Source: Epiperipatus broadwayi (lineage: Eukaryota > Animalia > Onychophora). Taken from it: a stretch of DNA of 64,000 nucleotides. The translations under genes were made by a program, and so were the position numbers. The notes under the pieces were generated by a model that did not search any database, was not told where the DNA came from, and was given only the letters and a program-made list of their open reading frames with translations. This document shows positions 27,189 through 40,125 of this stretch, one piece after another. Numbering within the stretch: position 1 is the stretch's first letter; each line of letters starts with the position of its first letter. Location of the stretch: the NCBI GenBank assembly GCA_028023455.1, contig JAQFVV010000006.1, forward strand, positions 7,440,001 to 7,504,000, in the 5' to 3' direction.

Positions 27189-27879
27189 CATGAATAATTA
27201 CAAGAAGTCTGTTGCAAAATATCCAAATATTAAAAATAAACAAATTAATATATATATAATGTTTTTATTTAAATTGAGAAGTAACATACTAAAGACCAAA
27301 AAAAATTTTTTTTTCTTTGACCACAATTTAGGTTTGTATGTTTAACCTGAAATAAAAGCAGGGGCATCCATAAATTAATTAATTCAATCACCAATTTAAT
27401 AAACATAATTATCTTAATTAATTTCCCCCTACTTTTATTTTGAATTAAATATCAACCCAAATGATTTGATCAAAGAAAAAAAAAAATTTTGGTGTTGACT
27501 GCATTACTCCTCAAATTAAATTAAATAATTCTTTGGTAAAATATTTTTTTACGTGTAATATCGGAATGTACAACATGTAATATATAACTACATAGAAATA
27601 AGTGGAAGTTGATTGAATATGCAAAAATATTAAAATGTAAACATTTATGATTCTATCTTTTTTTAAATTTTTTTTATTAAAGTTTATGGTAAAATTCATT
27701 AATGTAAAAGTTATTACGTACTTTATGATCCATTTTGTAATTCAACATAATCGTTTTGAAATGTCCAATATTAAGCTTCTGTTCATTAGATTTCAAGCAA
27801 AAGTAATAGGGGTACTATAAACAAAACAATAAATACTATTAATTATTAAATTTAACATACACACACAAATATATATATA

Positions 27880-30386
27880 TATAAACACAAACACTACTTC
27901 ATATAATATTGTGACTCTCCGAGGTTTAAAAAAGCCTAGCTGTATAACTTCATTATCAATATAAGTTTATTAATTTATGCTCTAATAAATACATAGATAT
28001 GTTTAAATATGTTTTTAATTCACTGACTAGTCTTCAGATATGATCTTACTATTACTGGATCGATTAAAAGAAAACAGCATTTTCTGCTTGGCAGAATATT
28101 AAAATGAATACAGAATTCTTAACAAAATATAGAGCTTTAAAATCAGAAATAATTCAATCACTGATACTAAGGCTCAAGAATGACTGGAGAATGAATTAAA
28201 ACCACAAAGAATATGCAGACATCTGTTGATCGTATAAAATGTGTGTGTATATTTTAACAATAGCAATATTACAATGAATTGGGTGAAAGAAAGGCACTCT
28301 GATCACTTCTCTTTAGTTCTTGATTTTAATTCTGGCTGGACTCTCACTGTTGCAGCAGACCAGCCCTCAAACAGAGAAGTACAATACCACAGGTAGATGA
28401 AACATCAACAGTACCTATAACCAGACCAAGGCTGTACAAAGTATAACCTACGATCACATTTTCAGGATATAGCACTTCTTGGCTGCTAGATTCAAATCCC
28501 TGCCATCCAAAGCACTTTATTTGCTTTGAGGCTTAACCTCAGGCACCAGCTAATCACAGGTTATAGTCAGAATGCCCAGATGATAGGTATACAATCCAGT
28601 GCTTGATATATTCCTAAGCTAGCCCATTTTCTCAATTGTGAGAGAAAATCTTTGACTCACTTGCCCAATACTTATAATTAACCATAACTTAACCTATTAG
28701 TGATGCAGTTATAAGAGGGAGAATCGGTCAGACAACATGCAAGCAAACAAAAATATTTATTTACACACCCTCATCATTATAACATATTATAATAAAAAAT
28801 TTACATATACACACCCACACCTTTAAAATACAATATAATAAAAATTTGTGGAGGCAACATTAAATTTTATATTGGCTGTAGCTATTAAAGTTCATGAAAG
28901 TCTTTCATTAACACAAATGTTCAAATCTTTAGAATGGGATAAGGATTATGTTTACATACGATTTTCAACAGCATGCCATATTTTCATGGGTACGATTCTT
29001 TGCTTATTTCTTGATTCATCAATTACCAACCAGTTGGTCTTTTCTTTCTATTGATGGTTTTGCTTCTTAATAATTTTCTTGTTTACAATGAAGGAGAAAA
29101 AGATTTTCAGCAGTTCACAGATAACAAGGCGGGCATGAATTCCAGGTGGAAAGCATCTGATGGTACTAAGGACTGGGAATGAAGGCTAGCCGCACACTTT
29201 GGTTGTTGTTTAGCACTGCATGCTGCTACATTGGCCTTCAGTTAATATTGGTAGATGTACCCACATGCTGACAACATTAGTGGCTTTTTTCTGTCTTCTC
29301 TTCTTCATACATCTTTGTAAGACAGAAATATTGAATGATAATTTGTTGCATCTGAAATAATCTGACTGGCAATAATAATGATAATGAATGAATCACTCAT
29401 TCCTTTTATATGCTTCTTTCTCATTGTTTCTATTTATCATCCTTCAATCTGGTTAAATTAATTTCACATTTCCTTAATTAATTTTGTATTCTGTTTTAAA
29501 CTAATTTCTTGCTTAGATTAATCTAATATTTCCATAAGATAATGTCCGTAGTCATTTCCTTTGTTTCTTTAATTAGTAGAAATTTTCTTTTCTTTATCAG
29601 CCAAGTAATCTTTAATGAATTGTAAATTTAAAAGTTTTCCTTTTACAAATTACACTTTTAATTCAATTTCATTTTTACATTTCTCTCTCTCTTTTTTAGA
29701 TTTATAAAAAGGAAGAGCTAGTTTCAACTTTTTACTTAGAATTAATTCCACCACCCCCTTCCTACTCACTCTTTAATATTAAAACTCTTTTAATTTTTTT
29801 TTACGACAAGATGACACAATTCTTTATTTTTGCAAGTTTGCCAAAAAAAAAACTCCTTAAAACATGTAATTTGTATTTCATTACTATTTCCTTTCTTTCC
29901 TTTTAAAATTAATTTGATCATTTATTAATAAATGGTTTCATATACACATGTTTTAAACCCATATATTCATTGGCAGTACAATATATATAAACACAAACAC
30001 TACTTCATATAATATTGTGAATCTCTGAGATTTAAAAAAGCCTGGCTATATAAGTTCATTGTCAAAATAAGTTTATTAATTTATGCTCTAATAAATACAT
30101 AGATATGTTTAAATATGTTTTTAGTTCACTGACTAGTCTCCAGATATGATCACACTATTACTGGATCGATTAAAAGAAAACAGCATTTTTTTGCTTGGCA
30201 GATTATTAAAATGAATACAGAATTCTTAACAAAAATATAGAAATTTAAAGTCAGAAATAATTCAATAACTGAGACTAAGCCTTAGGAATGATTGAAGAAT
30301 GAATTAAAACCACAAATAATATACAAACAACTGTTGATCATATAAAATGTGTGTGTGTATATATTTTAACAACAGCAATATTACAA
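27880..30386. repeat. About 400-bp direct duplication (27880-28275 and 29984-30386)
   Basis: taaacacaaacactacttcatataatattgtga...gcaatattacaat occurs twice with roughly 90% identity by eye. Confidence 0.85.
29311..29351 (-). CDS. BLTP2: Candidate 41-nt host gene exon (BLTP2-like)
   Basis: ttatttcag|ATG acceptor and AT|gtatga donor; phase 0 to 2, exactly bridging the 32960 and 19054 exons; MQQIIIQYFCLTK(I). Confidence 0.5.
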
Positions 30387-30439
30387 TATTAAAAAATGAT
30401 TAAGCCTAAAATAATGGGTGTGTATATATATTTTTATAG

Positions 30440-31370
30440 TAAGTCTATATAAGTATATTAGTCCATTAATAATGAAGCTAGGATTCCACTTTTATTGTTA
30501 AAAGATTGCCTTGACAACCGTTTAAATTTGTGGATTGTATTGATATTGGGATTGTCTAAGTTTGACTGCTTTCTAATGATCACTTACAAACTCATTTAGC
30601 CTTGAGCATTATTACACTTATTATTTAAGGAATACTTTGGGTGCAATTTGTAATTTATAATTGCAGCTTGTAATGTTATAAGTGACTATTTATTAGTCTG
30701 CATTAAGAATAGGTTATATTTATCTGTTTCAAGAGGCTTATTTAAGCTTCTCTGTATTAATAATTTCAATCTCTATGGTTAAGTTGCAATCTTTAGTGTC
30801 TATATATTAGACCATTAATGAAGTTGGGACTCTATCTTTATTGTTAAATGGTGTTTGCCTTGACAACAGTTTGAAATTATTTATTGTATTGATATTGGGA
30901 TTGTTTAAGTGTTGACTGGTTTTTAATGATATATATATATATTTAGGATATTGTAAAAATAGATACACTATGTATATTAGAAAAGTATATTTAGCATGGT
31001 CAATGAGCTGTGAATTAAATTGTATAAGACATGAGTCAGCAGATAAATTTTGTCCGAAGGTTTTTGATGATGGCACTTTAACAGTAATTATATGTTGGAC
31101 TGTTTCCATCATCTAATATTGATTCTTAAATGTTTTTAGAAAAATTGGAAATTTTATTTAAACTTTTCAAATACCTTCAACTGTTTAGTGGCAGACAGGT
31201 TAGTATATAACACGATGTTTCAAGTAGTATTGTTCTCTCTTTTTCAGATGTTTTTGATCTACCAGCAACAAAAAAGCTGGTCACATGACAATGGCGAATA
31301 ACACCTTATGTTAACCTAGCATGATAAGTCAACCTTATAGTTTAAGTATATGAAATTTCTACTGACTGTT
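30440..31370 (-). mobile_element. SINE family B-like copy with internally duplicated body
   Basis: 31045-31260 matches 19555-19730 and 43450-43680; 30440-30580 recurs at 30796-30930. Confidence 0.45.
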
Positions 31371-32959
31371 GCCTTTGTCTGATTAAAATTTTACCTTAAG
31401 ACGTACATTTATCTTAAGTCATTGTATAAAATATTAAATTATTTTTTTAACCCAATGAAAATAAACAGGTGTAACACATCACAGAATATATTCACAGAGC
31501 AGGAAAAATGCATGAACTGCACTGATATGTGCATCATATTTTTAGACTGTTATGCATTTTTTATGCATGCCGGAAATTATTTACATAAATTTCCATTTAA
31601 ATAAGTCTAGTCTATATAAGTAAATTTCAAAAGAACTTGAAATTCGGCATTTTTTAATCCATCTACCAGTATACCCGGAAATATTAAAAAGGCTGTTATA
31701 GTAATACTGTAAGTCTTCAAAGTCTTTCCATGCCATATTTGTTAAGTATTTCTCATAACCAATTGTGTAAAAAAATATATAGTCTTAGAAGACTCTCTAG
31801 TTTTAATATTTTATGTAATATTGTTATGTTGCTTTATAGAGTTCAATTAATTTTTCTTATTACACTCGAGTTCCAGTATTTTACACAGTTCACTTCCACT
31901 ATTTACATTATAGTGACCAACAGTTTATCCATTTCACATCTCCTTAACAGATGCTTATTCTGTCTTCATTCTACTATTGTGCTTCACACTAGACTATGCT
32001 GGACTGCACCGAAGACAAACTTGTAAGCTTTTATAACAGTCCTTTATCATATAATTACAGGTGTGTAAAATTTGTAGCAGTGCTCTCTTTAATTTATTTC
32101 CTAGAGTAAATAATAAACAATATGTACATTAAAGGGAGGAAAAAAGTACTTCTTTAAGTTCATTGTCTCCCAATACACAAACACTCCAAATATAAAATAA
32201 AACTCAACGATATGTAACTTAGCGTTTATTTGAGTTTGGAGAACTGTTGAGTGTGATCATGATTCAGAAAAAATAAAGCTTGATTTTATCAAAAGTACTT
32301 TCAAATAAAATTCAAGGGTTGAAATGTTTTAATTTACCTAGAAATAATAATTCATGACAGTGGTGATATAAAATTAGCAAGTATTAATGGGAGAGTATTT
32401 GACTATTAGAAAGAAGAATGGAAAGAAGTGAAGCAAAGTTGTGGTATTGTGCAGAACCAGTTTTCTTTGAAAATAGCTAATCGTAATGATATATTTATAT
32501 TAGACTAACGGTAGTAACGGGGTTATTTCTATTTTATTAATTTATGTAAAAATATAATTAACTTATGCAAAAATACTATAATTAAGGAGTGAAAAACACT
32601 TGAAGTTTTCTAATTCTAAATAAAATGCACTTTCTTTTTCATTGTTGCATAATAAATTTTGAGAATAATGTAGGAAAAATACAGCTAGAGATATTAACTT
32701 AACTGCCTTTAAGTAAAAGTTCTTGGATAGATTCCAACTGAGAGGGGAAGGGATTCCTTATTTTTTAACTTATTAAATGCAGCAGCAGCACGCCTGCAAT
32801 TTAAGATCCAATTCACCTTTCTACCTAAAATGCTACCATGGAATTTCAACCGAAATTCAATAATTATAATACTAATGTAACTATTATCAATTGTATCTAC
32901 AATTTGAAAAATCTTATACAGACTCTATGACATAATGAAGAGATGAGAGGCAAACTTAC

Positions 32960-33066
32960 TTGTCCAACAGCTGTGATACATGCCAAACTTGTACCTTCGA
33001 TATTAACAAACACTTTCTTGTCGCGAGCTTCTACAGAACCCTCATCAACTCGAAGCATTAAACACA
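32960..33066 (-). CDS. BLTP2: Host gene exon (BLTP2-like)
   Basis: ttttttag|TG acceptor and CAA|gtaagt donor; phase 1 to 0; CLMLRVDEGSVEARDKKVFVNIEGTSLACITAVGQ resembles [33 protein letters not shown] and continues in phase from exon 61758-61998. Confidence 0.7.
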
Positions 33067-33699
33067 CTAAAAAACAAAAAATATAACATTATACATATTA
33101 AAGTAAAAAAACATATATATCAGTCATCTGGGCTTGAGGTTATTAGTAGCAATGTTTTATCTGAGTCATCTGGGCTTGAGGTTATTAGTAGCAATGTTTT
33201 ATCTGAGTCATATTTTCGATTGCTGTCACTAAGCAGTTGTAAATCTGCTTTCGGCATCTCTGCAAAACTGTTTGAATGGCATTCACTACTTAGACAATGA
33301 TAGATGCGACCCTTATGCACATCAGTGACATACATGACCAAATTACAATATATACAAATTGAACATTGCACAATGTTAAATCAAACTCAAATGCAGTTAA
33401 CAAACATAAACCTAATGCTAAAAAGTTTCAACAATGCCACCTATATTCAAAATCATGCAGGGTAGGCAAAAGTTTAAATCCTTCTGTCTAAGTTGCATGA
33501 TTCAGACTCAATGTTTCTAAATATAGGTAGATCTATCGAAACTTTCTTACAATGGCTTGCAATCGATTAAAACGTTAAACCATAAATTGACAATAGGTAG
33601 CTGGTTTCTAAATATAAACCACATGATAACATTCAAAGCTTAAGTTAACTAAACCTTTTAATCTAAAATCTGTTAAGTTAATCTATCTTTTATCTATGA

Positions 33700-34410
33700 A
33701 GATTGTCTTGACAAAATATTATAGATTATATGGTTCATTTAACCTTTGGCTGTTTTCACGTGAGCTCAAAATTTGAAAATATCACTCCTTTATACTCAAG
33801 ATGTCAAAAGTAGGCAGAAACGAATAACTACCTTGTGAAAGAATGGTGAAATGAAAAAATATCAAACAGTAAATATGGAGCAGTGGACATTTAAATGATT
33901 GATACCTTTGGATCATCTTCTGTAGTCAAGGCAATTTATTTTTTACCTGCAAAGATTGGCTTGACAACAGATTGGAGATTATATGGTTTATTTAATCTTT
34001 GGCTCTTTCATGCACTCCCAAAATTTGAAAAGTAGGCAGAAACCAATCACTGCCATGTGAGAGAATGGTGTAGTGAAAAAATATCAGACTGTTAATATAG
34101 AGAAGTGAACATTTGAATGATTGGTATCTTTTGACCATCTTCTGTTGTCAAAGAAATATATTTTTTACATGTAAAGGTTGGCTTGATAATACATTGTAGA
34201 TTATATGGTTTATTTAGTCTTTGGCTGTTTTCAAGTGACCCCAAAATTTGAAAATATCTCAACAATGCAAGGATTACTCATTTATCCTCAAGATATCCAA
34301 AGTAGGCAGAAACCAGTCACCACCTTGTGAGAGAATGGTGTAATGGAAAAATATCAAACTGCTAGCATGGAATAGTGGATATTTAGATGACTGATATCTC
34401 TGGATCATCT
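33700..34410. repeat. Three diverged tandem units of about 220-270 bp
   Basis: gattatatggtt..tttggct..aaaatttgaaa..agtaggcagaaac..gaatggtg..aaaatatca occurs three times. Confidence 0.85.
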
Positions 34411-34728
34411 GATGAATTATATCTCTGGATCATCTGATGAATTATTGTTGTTCACAAAATTCAAACACAATGAAAGGAAATGCTACAGGCATTTAAGTTA
34501 TGGGAGCATTTGATGAAACTGAGAAAAGGAGTTTGATGATGAATATAATAAAAAACTTAAAAAAATACATATTGGAGTAGTTTCTACCTACTCTACAATA
34601 TGGTCTTGAATTATATTCTTCTACTTACTTCCACAATGCTTTCAGCATAACTTAAAACTTGGAAGGTAAGATAGATTGAGTTTAATACATTTTCCCCAAA
34701 TCAAAATCTTATGACTCATATATATATA

Positions 34729-35208
34729 TATGAAAAACAAAAACAAGTTATAAATCATGTAACTTGCTATCGCTTGTATTTATGATCAATACATGGAGCT
34801 TTACCAAAACCTCGTATAAGCGTTTTTTGTTTACATAAACGTCAAAAGAGTCAGAATTCACTATCTCTTTCATTGGCTCCACCTCCAGATCAGCTGATTT
34901 CAAGCTAATTTGCTATTATCAGTGAAGGGCAGCTATCTCTTTCATTGGCTCCACCTCCAGATCAGTTGATTTCAAGCTAATTTGCTATCATCAGTGAAGG
35001 GTAGCCCCTTCACTGATGATAGCAAATTAGCTTGATATCAGATGATCTGGAGGTGATTGGCTACCCTTCACTGATGATAGCAAATTAGCTTGATATCAGC
35101 TGATCTGGAGGTGGAGCCAATGAAAGAGATAGTGAATTCTGACTCTTTTGACGTTTATGTAAACAAAAAATGCTTGTACAGAGGTTTTGGTAAAGCTCCA
35201 TCTATTGA
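34729..35208. mobile_element. Palindromic HHR element family F5 with four HHRs
   Basis: Palindrome 34781-35213. HHRs lie at 34882-34928 (-), 34954-35000 (-), 35007-35053 (+) and 35065-35111 (+). TSD-like tcatatatatata lies at 34716-34728 and 35209-35221. Confidence 0.85.
34954..35000 (-). ncRNA. Type I hammerhead, intact core (F5)
   Basis: CCUUCA-CUGAUGA-UAGC(AAAUUA)GCUU-GAAA-UCAACUGA-UC-UGGAGG. Confidence 0.75.
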
Positions 35209-35660
35209 TCATATATATATACTTCAGCAGAAAAGTAGAATATAAATATCCAACAGCCTAAATATAATAACAATCCCATTCTCTTGTATTCCTTTTTAAA
35301 CATTCAACCTAACTTCCATCTCCCAGTACATACTTCCTTCTCCACTACTGTTTATATGTAATAGATTGAATTCCAACTTCAGTCAGGACTTTCATTAAAC
35401 ATGTGAACCTAATAAAAATGGCATAAATAATTTATTAGATACAAAGCTTATTTATACGTGATCATGTTATCATATCAGCTCACTGAAACTTTACCTGCCA
35501 TTTTTCTGCAAAGACTGAATTATTCACTGCCATAATTTTATTTAGCGCCCTTATTTTTCACTTGCATAGATTCATTTTCCAATTCTTTTAATATTTAATC
35601 TCCCCTCTTGTTACTTGATTAATAATATTCAAATTTGTAAATGTTTGTTCATCTCCATAC

Positions 35661-35932
35661 CAAAGTGGTTTCTTTCTTCTTTATAACCTAATGCTAAGTG
35701 CACTTTTGGTGAAGTTTACCATAATCTAACTCTCTATGATTATGGTTCATCTGCATATCAAAGTGATTTCTTCCTTCTTTATAACCTAATACTAAGTGCA
35801 TTTTCAGTGAAGTTTACCATAATCTTAACTCTCTATGATTATGGTTCATCTGCAAATCAAAGTGATTTCTTCCTTCTTTATAACCTAATACTAAGTGCAC
35901 TTTTGGTGAAGTTCACCATAATTGTAACTCTC
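35661..35932. repeat. About 98-bp tandem repeat, about 2.7 copies
   Basis: caaagtgatttcttccttctttataacctaatactaagtgca... occurs three times. Confidence 0.9.
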
Positions 35933-37029
35933 TTAAATTAATTATTGTTGCTGCTTTATTTATACTGTAATTATGCCATGCATTTTTATTCAAATTAGTC
36001 CATTTAAATATTCCATTTGTAAGATAATTGTGGTTGGCAATAATCAACATCCATTTTATTTTTTATCCATGAATTTTATTCCTTAAATATGACCTTCCTT
36101 CCCTTGTACTAAAGTACCCTAAACTCATTAGTGATGTACAGTGTGAACTCTATGATCTTTATCCTTATAGAGTTGTTAAACTCACATTACATGAAATATA
36201 ATGTTATAAAAAACATGATGCTCATATTAAACAAATGATTTTGTATGGGTGTGAGACTATCATTGTAGAAGTTTAAACATGTAAATAGATAAAGAATGGA
36301 AATGAAACATATTTTGTGAATATATGGATACTTTAAGTAAAATAAATCAAGATACTGTTAACAGTAATGATATGTGGAAACAGTATAACACTTATAATGA
36401 TGGTTATAAATATCTGACTATAACATGGAAAGAGTACAATGTATAACAAATTAATTGTAAACACATAAACAAAATAGAACATAAAACAAATCAATTAGAA
36501 AAATCACTCAAAGGCAAAATGGGATCATATTACTAAACGGTATTTACTAAAACTAGAACCAAACCATACAACAAATTTTCATCTTGAAATATTTACTTTA
36601 ACTATGGAATATGCTTCACTTTTATTATATCATCCTCTTAACCTATAAAATAAATAAGATGCCTCAAAACTTTCTTTAGTCAAGAACACACCCCAGTAGC
36701 TTCAAATAATTCTAAACTTAATTCTTATTGGAAGTATGGACATTAATATTATATCTGATATGAATGCATACTGATCATTCTACGATTTACCATTTATCTT
36801 TTCCTGTACGTACACGAAATTGAAGTCTTACTTTGTACATAATTATTCCTAAAGACCAATTCATTATGAAATCTACATGATAATTAACCGAAGAAAACTA
36901 TTATTACTCTTTACTCTTAAATATATCGAATTTATTATATTATCTGGAATAATTTTCTTTTTTTAAAAAACAACAACAATTCTTTCATAATTAACCCATC
37001 TTGATAAATATATGCAATATAATTATATA

Positions 37030-37646
37030 GAAGGGATTTGAATTCAGACTTTCAAGCTCCCTACAACTATCCACTCCATCTTATACAACTGATACACATA
37101 ACCACATACACGTGAAAAAAATAAACAATCTCCAATATATGTATTTCGTACTGAATCCGCACTCGTCAGTTGGTCCAGATCATCATCTCCTACATATATA
37201 TATATAATCAGCTTATATGAAAATAGCACAGTTTCATATTTTAATAGACAGGCTTCAATCTTCTCCCCCTTCCCTCCAACTCTTCAGCCATCCATATCAT
37301 GGAAAATATGATGATAGAATACTCAAAGCCTTTGTTGATGCTAATATTATTGTCATACTCATGTTAACTTTTAAGTCATTCCGATCCCTCACGTATAGGA
37401 TCTTAATATGTCCATTTAAATACACAGAAGCATAAGCAAAATACAGGCTGAATATGTAATATTTAAATACAAATATATTGTCTATACTGAACTTTATATA
37501 ATTTAGAAGGGATTTGAAATTCAGACTTTCAACCTCATTACAGTTAACCACTCCATCTTGTACAACCGATAGACATGACTACATACATGGTTCAAATCCC
37601 TTCAAAAATTACATTAACTTCAGTAGAGATAATATACTTGTATTTA
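37030..37646. mobile_element. HHR family F2: minus-strand partial tandem (about 480 bp) plus inverted arm
   Basis: gaagggatttgaa recurs at about 37030 and 37506; inversion near 37590; flanks aatataa(t/a)tatata lie at 37016-37029 and 37647-37660. Confidence 0.8.
37127..37181 (-). ncRNA. Extended type I hammerhead, intact core (F2)
   Basis: GAUCU[GGA]CCAA-CUGACGA-GUGCGG(AUU)CAGUAC-GAAA-UACAUA-UA-UUGG-AGAUU; bulged stem I; predicted cleavage at 37136/37135. Confidence 0.8.
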
Positions 37647-38145
37647 AATATAAATATATATCCACATACAATTACGACTTGTATGAAAGAATTTATTTTG
37701 TTTTAAATTAAGAGGTAACCTTTTAATTTAAATTTAGAGATTTACACATTTAAATTTACTATTTCCAAGATAAATATGTTGAGAAAAATAACTTATTTCA
37801 GTTACTTAAATGTATTTTCTTTTAAAAAAGTATTTTCTAAAATCATTCATGATTCTTAGATTGGCATCTTTGAGTTCAAACAGCGACATCATAAAATATT
37901 AATCTAAACTTAATACACTCTAATTAAAACTTCAGATTGTAGATGTGACAATCTTTTGTGTTAAAATATTGGTACCTTGTTAAAACATTTTATTACGCGC
38001 ATTTGACAAGCCTTTCAATTAACAAAACTAATTAATATTTAATTGAAGAAGACAAATTTAGAGTGTAATAAAATTTAAAGGTGCTGGATTCCAGCACATT
38101 AACTTTGAAATACGTTCTTTATCTTACATCACAACATATTAAAAT

Positions 38146-38660
38146 CACATGATCACATTTCCTATACTAGCACATTAATTGTTGATAAACAGAGCAAAAC
38201 TCTCCATACAGTATTGCCACCTGTGCTAAACAGAGTAATCAATGGATGCCAGAAGGCTTGTGCATAAAATCCCTATCTAATGCCTACTCATCCAATATCC
38301 CCAGACTAGTTTACACCAAAAGGTATGGGTGCTGAACTGAGTTCAGACCCATATGACTATATAAGCTATTGAGCTTAGATTGAAAATATTTTTTGTGTTT
38401 TCAATTTCTTTCTCATAGTTTTGTAGTTAAGTAGAGATAAAAGGTGGTTGCTAGAGGGTTGCATTAGATCCTAAGATCTAGATGCAGTGCTCTCAGATCC
38501 AAAGCTCCTCACTGACGAAGGCCACAAGCCAGAAACTAGTCTGGGGATATTGGATGAGTAGGCATTAGATAGGGATTTTATGCACAAGCCTTCTGGCATC
38601 CATTGATTACTCTGTTTAGCACAGGTGGCAATACTGTATGGAGAGTTTTGCTCTGTTTAT
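38146..38660. mobile_element. HHR family F1 copy with 14-bp TSD
   Basis: Inverted arms 38178-38312 and 38533-38664; TSD caacatattaaaat lies at 38132-38145 and 38661-38674. Confidence 0.9.
38506..38547 (+). ncRNA. Minimal type I hammerhead, intact core (F1)
   Basis: UCCUCA-CUGACGA-AGGC(CACAA)GCCA-GAAA-CUAG-UC-UGGGGA; cleavage predicted after 38541. Confidence 0.85.
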
Positions 38661-39014
38661 CAACATATTAAAATATATTTCATATTATAAATATTTCCAT
38701 AAATAAAATATTAAAATCGAAATAATATATATATAAGATGCACAAAGATTATATTGTCCATACAAAAAAGTTAGCTCCTAACTTTTAAGAATTATTTTTT
38801 CTTATTAAAGTTAAAAGTAAATGAATGTAAGCAATATAACCAATCCTTATAGTTTATGGTGATCAGATATGGGCTATAAAAAATAACCTACCTCCTAAAT
38901 TTTTCTAACTTCGAGTGCATTTTTTTTTTTTTTTAAAGGTAGTAATATCAGCAATTGTCTCTGAAACTGGCAAGTATTTTTTTAGTTTGTTGACAATAAA
39001 TTGAATTTTTTTTC

Positions 39015-39108
39015 CATGTGTCATAGCATCTTCCGGGAAGCGAAACTGCTAACCCAGGACAACTGCTTGTAAGGCAGCTGTTCTGACCTTTCGACCACCA
39101 ACGCTTTG
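39015..39108 (-). mobile_element. SINE family A copy
   Basis: Poly-T then atgtgtcatagcatcttccgggaagcgaaac... Confidence 0.7.
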
Positions 39109-39639
39109 ATGCACAATAATCTGTAATCCTGATTTTCAAACAATTTTTCTATCTCAAGGACATACTAATAAAATGTTTCCATTCATTTATACTGATTTAT
39201 CATGACATAAAAAAATGTTTTGCTTTCCTAGTTTGGAAAATTTTGACATTTTGGTAATATATTTTAAATTGAATCTCTCAAAAAATTTCTTCCACTAGAA
39301 TTACAGGTTACCAGCTTATGTGAAAGAGACCTTAAGGGTTATTTACTCAGCCATGCTCATATGCCCTATATATTACATACATAGACACAGGTATATAATA
39401 AGCCTGTGTGTTTCAGTTATTACAGTAATATTAATAATTTTTATTAGACAGTTGTTAGACTAGAGATTATCTATTTATTTTTTTCAGTGAATAATCTTTA
39501 GTCTAATGAATGACTAATAAAAATTATAAATATACTTCCATTAAGTGATTTGTATCAAAGTTGTGATGGTTGTAAGTTTGACACTTATCAATGAAACTGT
39601 AATAAATGAATATCTATATATAACAAACCATAATATATA

Positions 39640-39740
39640 TATACATATAAAAGATTGTGATCTGGGCCAACAACTAAGTGCTGGTTCAGCAAGAAATGTG
39701 CATCTTGGAGATCATACACCTTTTCCACATCTTTAGTCAT
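39640..39740 (+). repeat. F2 fragment with degenerate HHR (39659-39713)
   Basis: gatctgggccaa-caactaa-gtgctggttcagca-agaaa-tgtgca-tc-ttggagatc. Confidence 0.65.
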
Positions 39741-39996
39741 GCATTTATGATTATACTCCTCCACAAGATGTTAAAACTGAACAGAAATTCAGTTCCTATC
39801 TCTTGTTTAAGAGTGGTGTAGTTAAATTACACTACAGAAATATAATTCATTAAGTTATTACAGTAATACTTAGACCCTTTATAGATAGCTGGTTGAAAGA
39901 GACATCAAGATGCAATATAAACTTGATGTTGAAAATTTTGATTTGAATCAATTAAAGACAAAAACAAACAAACAAATCTTTGCTTCTAAATTTACA

Positions 39997-40125
39997 GTAT
40001 GCTGACAACTGCGTTGTTCTCATCAAAACAAAGGATAATCTACTGAATGTTTTTGATATTTTGAAATGCAATTTATAAAGATTGTTTTAATAATTAATAT
40101 TCAAAAATTCAGGTGTTTTATCAGC
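39997..40125 (+). pseudogene. Non-LTR RT fragment
   Basis: YADNCVVLIKTKDNLLNVFDIL...IINIQKF resembles the YADD...LQ..L...IN..KT segment. Confidence 0.5.

Noticed and set aside
28275-28737. TG...CA segment with tacaa/tgcaa flanks as a solo LTR
   Set aside because: TSD matches only 4/5, terminal inverted repeats are absent, and the duplicated neighbouring copy does not reconstruct an empty site.
29205-29351. Terminal exon reading CNKLSF...CSSMQC*
   Set aside because: That frame needs a phase-2 acceptor, which is incompatible with the preceding phase-0 exon; a 41-nt internal exon fits better.
33120-33371. 83-aa ORF as a host exon
   Set aside because: It is out of phase with the flanking exons, its length comes partly from a 42-bp duplication, and the flanking exons already align contiguously.
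34861-35120. CRISPR-like array
   Set aside because: Eukaryotic context, no unique spacers, and the units are hammerhead-containing tandem and inverted repeats.
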